Position numbers and translations under genes: made by a program
In this document: positions 26,413 to 40,077 of the stretch, piece by piece
Layout of the letters: each line of letters opens with the position of its first letter
How positions within the stretch are numbered: position 1 is the stretch's first letter
The notes under the pieces: model-generated
What the model saw: the letters and a program-made list of their open reading frames with translations, nothing else
Told to the model about the DNA's origin: nothing
The model's database searches: none
From: Octopus sinensis
Lineage: Eukaryota
Direction of reading: 5' to 3'
NCBI RefSeq assembly: GCF_006345805.1
Contig: NW_021834223.1
Coordinates: 1-64,000, forward strand
Length of the DNA stretch: 64,000 bases

Positions 26413-27329
26413 AGCTCAATATGTTGTCCTACCAATGAGCAAAAATATGCGTACGACTTCGTTTGTAACAGTTTAGAGAGGACCGCATCAGCATTAATTT
26501 TCATTGACGCTCTAGGTGTAACAGGAAAGGCGTTCCCTGTAAATAATCAATAAAACCTCAAACTTGAACTTGTAAACACGAACGAATTTAAACATTTAAT
26601 TAAATCATCATAAAATTAACTTTTATTTCAATGCGATACTGAAATCAGCTTCACTATTTTATAACCTGAACTGTCAGTATCACAACGGGTCACAGTTAGT
26701 CTAGTATACAATTAAAAATACACTGCAGGGGAAATTGTAATGACTGCAATGACACTTAGGCGACAATCGATGAATATTGGAAAATATCCACGGCAAGTAT
26801 GTGTCCTTTTTCTTATTTTTTACCTGTGTGTTGAATTGTCCCTCTCCTATGCCAAATAGGTAAATGAGCTTAGTAAGCAGAAGCAATCTATGTTTTTCTT
26901 CATAGATTGGAAAATAATGATGAAAAACTTAATCGACCTTCCAGGGTTATTTGAAACTCATACGAAACACGCTCACAAAAATAAACAGTTATTCTGTTTA
27001 AATACCCAACAATTACAGTAGATACATGAAACTGGAGCTACTAATTTGCATGCCTTAAGTGTTAACGCTTTAATTTACATATAAAGATTGTGTCGTCTGT
27101 CAACGGGATCTCAGTCCACACAGTATCACGGTACGATATAATATATGTAACATATAAAGTAGATATTTATAACACAGCAGGTTTAATTCTTTCTCCGTTG
27201 ATTGAAACAAAAAAACTAAAAACGAACAAACTTAAGCGATTTCTGAATCATATTGAATACTCAGAAAAGGCAACTATTCATATACTTAAACAATTTAAAT
27301 ATTGACACAACATGGAGGGAGAAGTAAAT

Positions 27330-27900
27330 GTTGCCAGAGTTTAGGTGACAAGAGAATGATCAAATGTCAGTTGAGCAATGATGACGGTTAGAGAATATGC
27401 TAATATTCTCTCGGAACAGTTCCAAGGTAATCCCGAATTATCGGTATAAAGTAAGATAGTCATCGTAGTACAATTCAAAGCCGGATTAGAAGAATGGGAA
27501 GAAAATGTGTGTGTAGATAGAGTTAGGCAAATGTTTCAAGAACTGATACGAAGATGGTGCGTTTTTCAGCAAACGATCTGTAGAGAAAATAATAATTACT
27601 AACTATTCTCTCATAGGAAGTAAAATGAGTTAGAGCCTAGAAGGAAGAAATGATATACTGAGGTGAGGTGAGTTTGAAAGAAGAGTAGCGGAGAATATAA
27701 AATCATTATCAGCACGATAGAAAGAAACTACCAAACATGACGAGGACAGAAGAAAAAATCCCTAAATTATACGGAAGGAACGTAGAAAAAATCGCGCAGA
27801 GAACGAGGTACTATGTTGGATAATGTAAGGAAGACCACGTGGAGATTAGCAACAGCATAAGGAGCAAGTCAGAAAGAAGTAACATAAATAAGGGCTTGCC
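27330..27900 (+). mobile_element. Possible highly decayed RTE-like LINE 3' region
   Basis: Purine-rich; LYGRNVEK..RG.RY..LDNVRK resembles the EGKR.RGRPR..WLD motif. Confidence 0.3.
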
Positions 27901-27927
27901 ACCAGGGACCTTATTGGATGAGGGGGC

Positions 27928-27982
<55 letters not shown>

Positions 27983-28364
27983 CACGTATGTATGTATGTG
28001 TGCGTGAGCATTTATGTGAATGTAAGTGTATGTGTGTAAAAATTTTATATATATATATTCGTACGTACACACACTCTCTCTCACTCGTTCCCTGCCACCC
28101 CACCCCCCACACACACATACAAATATTCGTATAAATATGTAAATATATCACCAAATGTATATATAAAAACATATTGCGGTAAATTGTTCAGGTTAAGTTA
28201 ACTGTTCAGGCAATTATACGCAAATAAATATATACACATAGAGACGCCCATATTTGTATATATGTGTATATATCTATATTTATATATATATATGTATATT
28301 TATATATGTGTGTGTATATATATATATATACATACATATATGTATATATGTGTGTGTGTGTGTA

Positions 28365-28784
28365 GGCGCATGAGGGGTATAGACGCAAGAGTAACTGTGA
28401 GGTTCCCAACCACATTATTCTGAGTTCAGTCTCACTGCGTGGCACCTTGGGCAAATGTCTTCTACTATAACCTCGGGCCAGGCAAAGAGTTGTGTGCGGA
28501 TTTGGTAGACGGTAGCTGAAAAAAGAACGTCATGTGTCTGTATATGTGTGTGTGTGTGTGCGTGTATGTGTATGTGTTTGTCCACCACCACCATCACTTG
28601 ACAAGTGATGTTGGTGTTTTTACGTCCCTATTAGTTATCGGTTCGGCAAAAGAGACCGATAGAATAATTACTAGGCTTACAGAGACTAAATCCTGGGGTC
28701 GATATGTTCGACAAAAGGTGGTGTTCTAGCATGGCTGCAGTCAAGTGACTGGAACAAGTAAAATAATACGAGAATAAAAGAATA
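28365..28784 (+). mobile_element. Diverged full-length SINE family B
   Basis: Colinear with 37837-38276. Confidence 0.85.
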
Positions 28785-28832
28785 TATCTATCTATATCTA
28801 TCTATATATATATATGTATATTTATATATATA

Positions 28833-29209
28833 CTAGCAGTATCGCCCGGCGTTGCTCGGGTTTGTAAGGGAAATAACTATAAAGCATTTTTAGAGAGTTA
28901 TAGCCAAAAATTAGCAAAAAAATGGAAAAAAATGATGGTAAATTTTTTTTGAGATTTAAAAAAGGTGGAGTTGCGTCCCCTAGACAGTTTGCGGTTTGAG
29001 TTTCTCATTCTCGACCCCATGTCGAATTTATCGATTTTTTTCAGAACTGGGGGAACTTTTCAAAATTTTCGTGCGTTAGTTTTGAATTATGACATTGGGC
29101 TATGTGTGTGTCAAGTTTCATCAGAATCGGTTGAAAGCCGTGGTCAGGGTGAGGGTACGAGAAAACAGACACACAGAAACACACACAGACAAACTGCCGT
29201 TTATATAGA
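28833..29209 (-). mobile_element. Non-autonomous Helitron (left arm of a palindrome)
   Basis: On the minus strand: 5' TCTATATAAACGGCAG; 3' hairpin CCCGAGCAACGCCGGG followed by CTAG|T. Confidence 0.9.
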
Positions 29210-29210
29210 G

Positions 29211-29251
<41 letters not shown>

Positions 29252-29254
<3 letters not shown>

Positions 29255-29621
29255 ATATATAAACGGCAGTTTGTCTGTGCGTGTTTCTGTGTGTCTGTTT
29301 GCTTGTACCCTCACCCTGACCACGGCTTTCAACCGATTCTGATGAAACTTGACACACACATAGCCCAACGTCATAATTCAAAACTAACGCAGCCAAAATT
29401 TTGAAAAGTTCCGCCAGTTCTGAAAAAAATCGATAAATTCGACATGGGGTCGAGAATCAGAAACACGAACCACAAACTGTCTAGGGGACGCAACTCCATC
29501 CTTTTTTAACTCTCAAAAAAAAAATTACCATATATTTTTCCATTTTTTGGCTATAACTCTCTAAAAATGTTTTATAGTTATTTCCCTTACAAACCCGAGC
29601 AACGCCGGGCGATACTGCTAG
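29252..29621 (+). mobile_element. Non-autonomous Helitron (right arm of a palindrome)
   Basis: A|TCTATATATAAACGGCAG ... CCCGAGCAACGCCGGGCGATACTGCTAG|T. Confidence 0.92.
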
Positions 29622-29769
29622 TATATATATATATACAAACGCACAAGCACACATTCATATATTATACATGCATGCATCAGAGCAAAACTCTATACATGTA
29701 TCTCTGTCTCTGTCTCTCTCTTTCTGCCTGTCTGTCTCTCCCTATTCCATCTCTTTAGTAGATACGAAC

Positions 29770-29853
29770 GTATATATATATATATTTATTTATTTATATA
29801 TTTATTATATATATATATATATATATGTATATTTATATATATATATATACATA

Positions 29854-29890
<37 letters not shown>

Positions 29891-29985
29891 ATATATATAT
29901 ATATATATACATACATATATATATATATATATATACATGCATATATATATATACATACTTATATATATGCATATATATATATATG

Positions 29986-30018
<33 letters not shown>

Positions 30019-30182
30019 TATATTTATTTATTTATATATATATTTATTATATATATGTATATGTTTATATATACATACATATATATACATATATATATGC
30101 ATATATATAATATATATATATATACATACATATATATATATATATATTTACATGCATATATATATATACATACTTATATATA

Positions 30183-30224
<42 letters not shown>

Positions 30225-30231
30225 TATATAC

Positions 30232-30301
<70 letters not shown>

Positions 30302-30325
30302 TATTATAGATATATATATATATCA
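29770..30325. repeat. (TA)n-rich compound microsatellite
   Basis: Direct reading. Confidence 0.97.
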
Positions 30326-30704
30326 TATGCGCAATTTTTTTTTTCCTGTGTAAAAGTTGTAATATGTTGCGAAGCTGAGCAATTTTAATTGAAACCGTAA
30401 TAACCTTGTCTTAAATACGGCACACCCTTGGGGCCAAATGTTGAAAGGGCAAAGGCTTCCGTTAATGATATCTCATATAATGTTGCATAGCGAAAAGATA
30501 AACATCTTCCATACTTCTTAACAATGGGTGGTCCAGATGCTTGATGACCCTATCTTTTAATTCTTTATATCTTAAAAAACAATTTAGATGAAGAATTTAG
30601 TAACAAATACATAAGTATAGACAGCATTACATGCTCCCGCACTTTTGTATGTATTTTTTGCATGCATATATAACCTACATATATATATATATATAATATA
30701 TATA

Positions 30705-30735
<31 letters not shown>

Positions 30736-30784
30736 TAAATGTATGTGTATATATATATATATATATACATATATATATCTTTAT

Positions 30785-30878
<94 letters not shown>
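30785..30878. repeat. (GATA)n microsatellite
   Basis: Direct reading; similar arrays at ~39630-39706 and ~63357-63450. Confidence 0.97.
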
Positions 30879-31021
30879 GTATGCGTGTGTGAGTGTGTCT
30901 TACTTTTTACTCTTTTATTTGTTTCAATCATTTGACTGCGGCCATGCCGGAGTACTACTTTAGTTGAACAAAAAAAAATAACACACATATATAAATACAC
31001 GCATATGTATATGTGTATATA

Positions 31022-31052
<31 letters not shown>

Positions 31053-31181
31053 ATACATACATATACATATGCGTGTATCTATATATGTGTGTGTGTGTGT
31101 GGTGTATATTTGTTTGTGTGTCTGTTTCTGGCCCCACCAGCATCGCTTGACAACAGATGCTGGTGTGTTTACACCTCCGTG

Positions 31182-31230
<49 letters not shown>

Positions 31231-31231
31231 A

Positions 31232-31690
31232 TATTCTTTTATTCTTATTCTTGTTTTCAGCCATGCTGGAGCACCTCCATCTAGGTGTTTCACATCACCA
31301 CTACTGCATGTGCCTTTTCCCCAGCTGTTGGTACATTTGGTGTTTAATTGAGTTTGATTCCACTGCCCTCGTCTGTACCTCATGTCGGGTGGGTGGTTCA
31401 TCCGGTATTGTGGAGTGGGAGATTCCAGTTCCCTTTTGAAAACATTCACCTCCACCCTCTCGAAATTTCTCAATCTTTGTGGCAGGGCATTGAAGAGCTC
31501 TGGGCTTTTGAATCCAAGACTACTGTAATTCCTGGTCTTGAATTTAGAAGCAGTATTTGGTACAATACAATGGTGGCCAGTTCTGACATTTGTATAACAC
31601 TTAATGCCAACGTTAGGTACTAGCTCTTCTAGGATTTTCAATATGTATATTTTTGCATATATGTCACGCCTTCGCTCCAGGGAATAGAGC
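31232..31690 (-). mobile_element. CR1-like LINE 3' fragment
   Basis: [26 protein letters not shown]...SLGFKSPELFNALP; ends in ggaggtgctccagcatggctgaaa plus (AAGAAT)n. Confidence 0.9.
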
Positions 31691-31945
31691 TGCATATATA
31701 TGATATATATATATATATGTATGTATGTATATATATAGAAATGCATATATAATTATATATATATATATGTATATATGTATATATGTATATATATACATAT
31801 ATGTATGTATTTATATATTGTGTATTATATATATATATATATGCATGTATGTATGTATGTATGTATATATATAGAAATGCATATATAATTATATATATAT
31901 ATATAGATATATATATATATATATGAAAGCATACATATATGTATT

Positions 31946-31976
<31 letters not shown>

Positions 31977-32121
31977 GCATGTATGTATGTATGTATATAT
32001 ATATATATATATATATATACTCCCATATATGTATATATATACATATATGTATGTATTTATATATTGGTATTATATATAAATATGTATGCAAACACACTCA
32101 AACACAGACACATACATAGCG

Positions 32122-32153
<32 letters not shown>

Positions 32154-32221
32154 GCATACATATATGTATTTATATATATTATATATATATAATTATATAT
32201 ATATATATACTCCCATATATG

Positions 32222-32257
<36 letters not shown>

Positions 32258-32299
32258 TATATGTATGTATTTATATATATTATATATATTATATATATA

Positions 32300-32386
<87 letters not shown>

Positions 32387-32989
32387 GCATGTATGTATGT
32401 ATGTATATATAAGTATATACATACATCTAAATATATATTCAACTGAAAGGTGAGAACCCTGGTGATGGTGATTAAGAGATTTATAGATGAATTATCAATT
32501 CGTGTTCTAATATATCCGATTCCTATTTCATGCTAATTTTCAGAATCATAAATCTTGGTTTTAGTTTGCATTAAAATAAATAATACAAGTCATCTATGAC
32601 TCGTTAGTCTTAAGTTAAGTACAGTAAATTCTAATTTTTAACATATGTGTCTTATATCTCATATAAACGAAAATATGTAAAATTTATGCTTTTCTCATAA
32701 ATTGATTTGACATTAACATTTCGCAAAATGTTCCCTCGGATACATGCTATATATGAAATATATGGTATTTTATTGTATCTTGGGATGGGGCATTATGCCA
32801 ATAACAAATGTACGCACTGGTTATATTTTATATCTTTTATTACTATGGATTTTTCGTTCTATCAATCACTCAACTAGTTTCGTTAGAGTTTTTCCATCAC
32901 CGTTTGAGATGTGAGCAAAGATATGCTCTCTCTGTTCCAATGTTCTGCGTCTTGCATATACAATGCACAAGATACAGCAAATTTACACT

Positions 32990-33195
32990 TCAACATGCAA
33001 TTTGACAACAAGTATCTTGTAAAATATCATAAGCTGCAGCCTATCCAGCATGGCGCCATAAATGCAATTCGTCTCCTTTCGCAAAATCAAAAAGTCACCA
33101 GACGCCTCCGCTTCATAAAAGTATACGCCACCTCTTGACTGTATACGAACTCCATCAATGCGGTTCCAATCCGCAATATAGGTAATAGGTAGGCC
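32990..33195 (-). other. Candidate coding remnant: host exon or decayed LINE APE domain
   Basis: Acceptor-like ctctcactactctag precedes an open frame GLPITYIADWNRIDGVRIQSRGGVYFY...; R..GGV..Y resembles APE endonucleases. Family not identified. Confidence 0.25.
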
Positions 33196-33334
33196 TAGAG
33201 TAGTGAGAGCATGTCATTCTTGAGGTCGGAAATGATGACTAAAGGATCTGACAAACTTATTTGATTCAGTGTATCGCCGAATAATTAATCAAAGAATTTA
33301 GTAGTTAAACTGCTGAATGTTTACAAAAAATGAC

Positions 33335-33535
33335 TTCGAATTTGGTACAAGGGCAGCAAATTTTGGGAGATGCTAAGTCAATTACATCGAGACTAGTGGT
33401 TAACTGGTACTTATTTAATCGACCCTGAAAGGATGAAAGAAAAAGTCGACCTCGCAGGATTTGAACTCATATCGCAGAGACAGATTAAATACAGCTAAGC
33501 CATCTGCCTGACTTGCAAACGATTTTGCAAGTTCA
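33335..33535 (-). mobile_element. SINE family A copy
   Basis: ctggtacttatttaatcgaccctgaaaggatgaaag..gtcgacctcg..atttgaactc. Confidence 0.8.
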
Positions 33536-35422
33536 CTGACTTTATGTTTACTAATAATAAGAGAATCAGAACCAGTGCATGTGTTTCTTACTGGCATAAT
33601 GACCCTCCAAATATATAACTAAATATGTTTCATCACCCAATTTCACATTATTAAATCTTGCACACCAAATACAAAGACAAACATTTTCATGACAAATGTT
33701 TGAATTCCTATATGCTGACTGGACATAATTATGGACATTAACCAATACTGTGGTTTGAATACGTTACACTCTATAAGCAAATGCTAAATAATTAAAGTCC
33801 AGGGTATTAAAATACTGATTAAAATCAATTATCTGACGATGAAAATACAATATCATTCAATGATTAAATTGCTTGTCATTTTCCTTTCCAAATATGAGAC
33901 TATTTGCTGCCAAAGTGCATTGGACAAAATTTGGCTGAGAAAAAAGAAAACTTTACAAATCGGAATCCAATGATGCCAAGCGACATTCATAACTTCAGAG
34001 ACATGCATGAGTGCTCATACACACACAAATATATACATACTTGCACGTGCGCACGCACACACATATGTATACATATATACGTAAACGCGTATATACACAC
34101 ACACAAACAAAATCATGCACATACGCATATATTGCGAACGTTCTGTCATTTGTTTTTACTTTTCTCTATTGCTATGAATTACCTGTTACTGGATCGAATT
34201 TAGGTCACAACCATATGAATATATGTGAATATGGGGCTGTTGTTTTCTTTAGCTACCGCTACATCATTAAGAACAGACATATGGGAGTGTTTACGTAACA
34301 GTAGTTGTTTCTGGTGAAATTTATAAGTGGATTTAAACACAGCTCACCGTTGTATTTTCTGTTTCATTTATTGTTAATTAACAAAAGAGAACTGGAATTA
34401 TTAAATTACAATATCAACTAACAAGTATTGAGCTAACCAATTACGATAAGAAAGGAGATAGGTTTGTAAGTCAGAACAAGGATGTGAATACAGAAAAAGA
34501 TTAATAAAAAAGAAATCTTAAGTACTTTGAAATCCTCATCAGTACCGTAACCGTAGAGTGGGTCTTCTTAGAAGCTTCTCAAGTTTATGACTAAATGTAA
34601 ATTGTTGAGTATCTGCTTCAGATATAAGCAATAATATCCATCTCAAATATCTGTGGATAATGTCTGCATTTATGCTCCTGTGTATGAGAGTTTCCTGTGT
34701 GTGTGTGTGTGTGTGTGTTTGTGTGAGCATGATTCTGTGTCTATGTGCGCGTAATTTTTATGTGTGCACATACACTTAGATTTGTCTTTGTGTTTTGTGA
34801 ATGTGTATATATTTAACTGATAATGTAAATATTATTTGGAAATTGCTTTTAGAAGTAGTTTTGCTGTGATTTTTATTTATTTATTTTCGTATCGTAGTTT
34901 AATCACGGGTCACCCTTTTATGCTGCAGATCTATGATCAAAGGACTTCTATTCGTAGTTTATGTTAATCTAAAACAGTATCATCCGATCTATTCGGTCTT
35001 TTTTCAAGTCTATAATGTGTAATTTGAGGGAAACGAAATATGCAATTTCTAGGTAACCGTGTAGAAGCATTTTTTTTGGTTTTTTTAAGGTAAATTATCA
35101 GTATTATGTAAACACTCAGTTTGTTGTACGTTGGAGCATATTATGCCTATTATATTTTTAGGTAATTTAAAACTAGACTGACAATTAGATATTTAAGAAG
35201 AAAAATATTCTTAAATGAAACAACAGAACTATATCATGTATAGAATCCAAAAATTTCGTAGAAATTAAATTAATTAGAAAGAAGTGCCCATTATGTCCAG
35301 TTCACTTATAATTGTTGATGTACAAAAGAAGATCAGGTCCCTGAGTAAATGAATTTGAAATGCCTTGAAGAAATGAGAACGTTACATGAGTACTGAGAAT
35401 CATTTCTGCTTGAGGTGGATTG

Positions 35423-35991
35423 TATTGAGTTGTCCTGGAAGTTTGTGTCGATTTTTAAAGGAAAGAAAAAGATCAATAAATACTTGCCATTACATTTTTA
35501 ATCAACCAAATATGAACAATTTTGTTGCACAATGCGTCTCCATCATTCCTTTAACTTGAAAATACCCTCTTCCCAGAATTGTGGTGGTTTCATGGCAAAG
35601 AATTCATCAAGGTATCTTTTCACATCATCCAAGGAATTGAAATTTTTACCATTAAGACTATTCTGCAGAGACCTGAACATGCGGAAATCCGAAGGAGCAA
35701 TATCTGGTGAATATGGAGGGTGGGTAACACATCCCAGCTGAGCTGCAGCAACTTTTGTCTAGTTCCCAAAGCATCAAGTTCCGAAAATGAACTTTCTTAT
35801 CTTCCATTTTCAAGGTTTACAAAATTAATACAGGTTATAGGAACATAAACCTTCCCCTACGAGAAAATAGCTTAAACTGTGCTCTAAATGGAGGTGTAGT
35901 CAAATCCTATTTTATGGTCTCAACTATGTTGTAAAATTAGTCGAAAGGTAAGCTGCTATAAATCGGCACGAACTTTCCGGACAACCCAATA
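35423..35991 (-). mobile_element. Internally deleted mariner element with both TIRs
   Basis: TIRs tattgagttgtcctggaagttt / aaatcggcacgaactttccggacaacccaata. The minus strand reads HPPYSPDIAPSDFRMFRSLQNSL. Confidence 0.92.
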
Positions 35992-36560
35992 TAAAAGTTT
36001 GCAAGAATCCTTTGATCGATATTGACATAGGCAGATACGAAGTCTGGAAGGTTATGAAATGTTGCTTTAAACCGATGTTCACATTAGAATACTAAAGTAC
36101 TAAACTCTATTCCCATAAAACACTTTTATAGGTTAATTGAGTTTTGCGGCGTTGGTGATAGAAGACATATATTTCCCCCAGTGGTTCTGTTCCAGAAAGG
36201 ACCAGTAACAAAACAAGCAATACATAGTTTTGCCCTCTTATGTAACAAAGAAAAAGACAACAAAATAACTGCACTAAAAAAGCAAAAACTACCACCTCCT
36301 TAAAGACTCTCGTCTTCTTCTCAGCACCCAGCATCAAGTAACATTCTTTCTGGCCTCGTCGTTGCAGTTAATACATGTCACTCACACTGCTTTCAAAGAA
36401 TTTATAATTATTATTATTTACATATTATAATATTTGGGTGTATTCCTTTGTTTTCTCGTAAAAATGCTTTGAAATTCTCTTCGTAGGGGTCCATTTCCCC
36501 TTCTATTTCCTTTCTCATTTTTTAGAAGATTCCTTTGTCATATAGTTATGTGTGTGTATT

Positions 36561-36910
36561 GGAGGCCCAATGGCCCAGTGGTTAGCGCAACGGACTCGCG
36601 ATCGTAGGATCGCGGTTTCGTTTCCCACACCGGTCGTTGTGAGTTTTCATTGAACGAAAACACCTAAAGCTCCAGGAGACTCCGGCAGGGGAAGGTGGCG
36701 AATTCTGTTTTACTCTTTCACCACGACTTTCTCTCACTCTTTGTTTCTGTTGTACCTGTATTTCAAAGGGGCCAGCCTTGTTACACGCTGGGTCACGCTG
36801 AATATCCCCGAGAACTACGTTATGGGTCCACGTGTCTGTAGAGTGCTCAGCCACTTGCACAGTTGATCGGATTAACTGGAACCCTCGTCGTCGTAACCGA
36901 CGGAGTGCCA
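36561..36910 (+). mobile_element. tRNA-derived SINE family C (head type 1 plus tail X)
   Basis: ggaggcccaatggcccagtggttagcgc...ggtttcgtttccc; the tail matches the 22416-22742 tail. Confidence 0.9.
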
Positions 36911-37002
36911 TGATATGTGTGTATAAGTTTGTGCATATGTATGGATGCATATTTGTATGTATGTTTATTGTTGATTGTTTGCTCATATACATATATACAT
37001 AT

Positions 37003-37085
<83 letters not shown>

Positions 37086-37343
37086 CCTGGATGAGTGATA
37101 AGATATTCAACAAAAATGCATCATTGTGGTATTATGTTACAAATCAGCAATTCCAAAAATATTTCCTGCAACATTTTAATTAACATTCGAAGACATATCC
37201 AAGATGCAAGGCTCTCAAATGAATGTTAATAATAAGAGTTTTACACATTCACACATTGTTATCCATTTTTCGAAAGAATCGTTCATCTATTTCCATGTAT
37301 TCAACATTTGAAGGATATTTGGCATAAGAGACTATGTCAACTG

Positions 37344-37613
37344 ATTCTGTTGTGTCTGGGGAGAGTCATTTTCTTTTTGTGCCTTGTAATGTAACACACT
37401 CACCGGTAAAATTTCCTCTTATTTCTTATTTTTATTTTCCTTAAATTTTCGTTGCGTCTTGCAACCTTTTCAATAGTCAAGACTATTGCAAAGGTTACAA
37501 GATGCAACGAAAATTTTAGGAAAATAAAAAGATATAAGTAGAAATTTTTACCGGTGAGTGTGTTACATTATAAGGCACAAAAAGAAAATGACTCTCCCCA
37601 GACACAACAGAAT
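37344..37613. repeat. ~270-bp palindrome with a 2-nt loop
   Basis: Centre caatagtc-aa-gactattg; arms of ~135 bp with scattered mismatches. Confidence 0.95.
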
Positions 37614-37836
37614 ATGCTTCAACACACGAACTCATATAAGGAATCTTGCAAACCAAATCTAAAAATGAAATATACTAAGCTTCAACTGATTCTGTTATGC
37701 ATTTAAATATCACTATAAGTGAGAATAAATATCATCTCTCAGTACCAACACTGATTCTGTCAATATACATATATATTTAACAAAGTAATTATATTATCAA
37801 TTTACCAACAAATGTATAAGAGAAAGTAAACTAACA

Positions 37837-38276
37837 GGCGCAGGAGTGGCTGTGTGGTAATAGGTGCAGGAGTGGTTGTGTGGTAAGTAGCTTGCTAACG
37901 AACCACATGGTTCCGGGTTCAGTCCCACTGCGTGGCACCTTGGGCAACTGTCTTCTGCTATATCCCCAGGCCGACCAATGCCTTGTGAGTGGATTTGGTA
38001 GACGGAAACTGAAAGAAGCCTGTCGTATATATGTATATATATATTATAAGTGTGTGTGTATATGTTTGTGTGTCTGCGTTTGTCTCACTAGCATTGCTTG
38101 ACAACCGATGCTGGTGTGTTTACGTCCCCGTCACTTAGCGGTTCGGCAAAAGAGATCGATAGAATAAGTACTGGGCTTACAAAGAATAAGTCCCGGGGTC
38201 GAGTTGCTCGACTAAAGGCGGTGCTCCAGCATGGCCGCAGTCAAATGACTGAAACAAGTAAAAGAGTAAAAGAGTA
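37837..38276 (+). mobile_element. Full-length SINE family B (CORE-like) with its first ~24 nt duplicated
   Basis: Head ggcgcaggagtggctgtgtggtaa, CORE-like gtggcaccttgggcaa, tail ggcggtgctccagcatggccgcagtcaaatgactgaaacaagtaaaagagt. Confidence 0.92.
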
Positions 38277-38748
38277 ACAGGTCAAAAAATTATGAATTTC
38301 AGGCTATTCTCATATAAGATAGATCGAGTCTCTGTCTTCTTTCTTTGATATTATTAAATAATTTTTCTCATGTGTTTATGAAAGCAGAAAATGGAATATC
38401 ATATCAGCAGCAAATTTACCGAAAAAGAAGAAACATAAAATAATTATATTTCTTACTCTTTTATTTCAAGGTCTGATAAAAAAATCAGTGTCGTAATATT
38501 AATAGAAAATATCACTATAAACAACCATACGTGTATATCCGTATGCTTTCCCCAGTTCCTGAATACTAAAACAAATAAACTGTTCTCTCTGCTTTAGATA
38601 AATAAATCCAGTTGAAATCTACCACCAAAACGTAAGTAGCAATATACGCCATACAGAAAGTGATATACTGTGAGTCATAATTAAGAAAGTCATGCTTGTG
38701 ACATAGTTTTTAAATTTTCGAACTATAGCTTTCTATTATGATATTGTG

Positions 38749-39222
38749 TGGAGGCGCAATGGCTCAGTGGTTAGAGCAGCGGACTCGCGGTCGGAGGATC
38801 GCGGTTCGATTCCCAGACCGGCCGTTGTGTGTGTTTATTGAGCGAAAACACCTTAAAAAAAGCTCCACGAGGCTCCGGCAATCACATGATTCCAGGTTCA
38901 GTTCCACAATGTGACACCTTGACCAAGTGTGTTTTGATATAGCCACGGGCCGACCAGAGCCCTGTGAGTTGATTTGGTCGGCGGAAACTGAAAGAAGCCC
39001 GCGGAGTATACACACACACGCAGCAACAAATATATATGTATTTGTGCTTGTCCCTCCCACGAACGTTTGATGTGTTTATGTTCCCGCAACTTAGAGGTTC
39101 GGCAACGTGAACTCATAGAATAAATATAAAGCTTACAAGGAATAAGTTCTGGGGTCGATTTGTCCGACTAAAGGCAGTGACGAGCATGACTGCAACCAAA
39201 TGACTGAAACAAGTTAAAGAAT
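38749..39222 (+). mobile_element. Chimera of a family C head (to ~38880) and a diverged family B body
   Basis: Direct comparison with the 36561 and 37837 copies. Confidence 0.8.
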
Positions 39223-39452
39223 AAACGTTTAGCGTATCTTTGTCTTTGGATTGCAACCGTTATGGGGTACCATCTCGAAAAGTTTGTTTGATCAAATTGA
39301 CTCGCATTCTCATTTTTAAAAGACTGCTATTTATATCAGTGACAATTACTGAGCAACTAGGTTACTGGAGCAATGACTGTCAAACGATAAAGGGTCAAGG
39401 AAAGAGACATGCAACCACATACGCATTTACGATGTCGATGAATGCATACACG

Positions 39453-39535
<83 letters not shown>

Positions 39536-39632
39536 TATATATTGATAGATTGATGGATAGATAGACAGGTAAAAAATAGACTGGTAGATAAATAAATAGG
39601 TAGATAAACAGATATAGACAGACAGACAGATG

Positions 39633-39707
<75 letters not shown>

Positions 39708-39865
39708 GAAAGGCTTCCACAAAATTTTTCTGTACCGAATTTACTCACAAATGTCGACCCTGGGTTCTGTCTAGATGGCACTTGCTTAAATGCCGTTGTT
39801 CCGACGCTAACTTCTCAACTATTTACCCATTACTGTACCTATACTGAAATAGTTTTGCGAAATAA

Positions 39866-40077
39866 GGCGGCGAGTTGGTAGAACTGTTAACCCGTCGGGC
39901 AAGATGCTCAGTGGCATTTCGCAGTCTTTGTGTTTTGAGCTCAAATTCCGTCGAGGTTCACTTTGCCTTTCCTCCTTTCGGAGTCGACAAAATAAGTACC
40001 AATTGGGCACTCGGGTCGATGTTATCCACTTAAATGCTTCCCCGAAATTCTTGGCCATATACCAAAATGTCAGAAGA
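39866..40077 (+). mobile_element. SINE family A copy
   Basis: ggcggcgagttggtagaactgttaac...ctcaaattccgtcgaggt. Confidence 0.85.

Noticed and set aside
34520-34545. CTGATGA on the minus strand (similar boxes at ~20029 and ~62785 on plus)
   Set aside because: No stem II plus GAAA arrangement follows.
36561-36640. tRNA genes at the SINE heads
   Set aside because: A and B boxes are present, but the acceptor stems do not close and each head continues into a SINE body.
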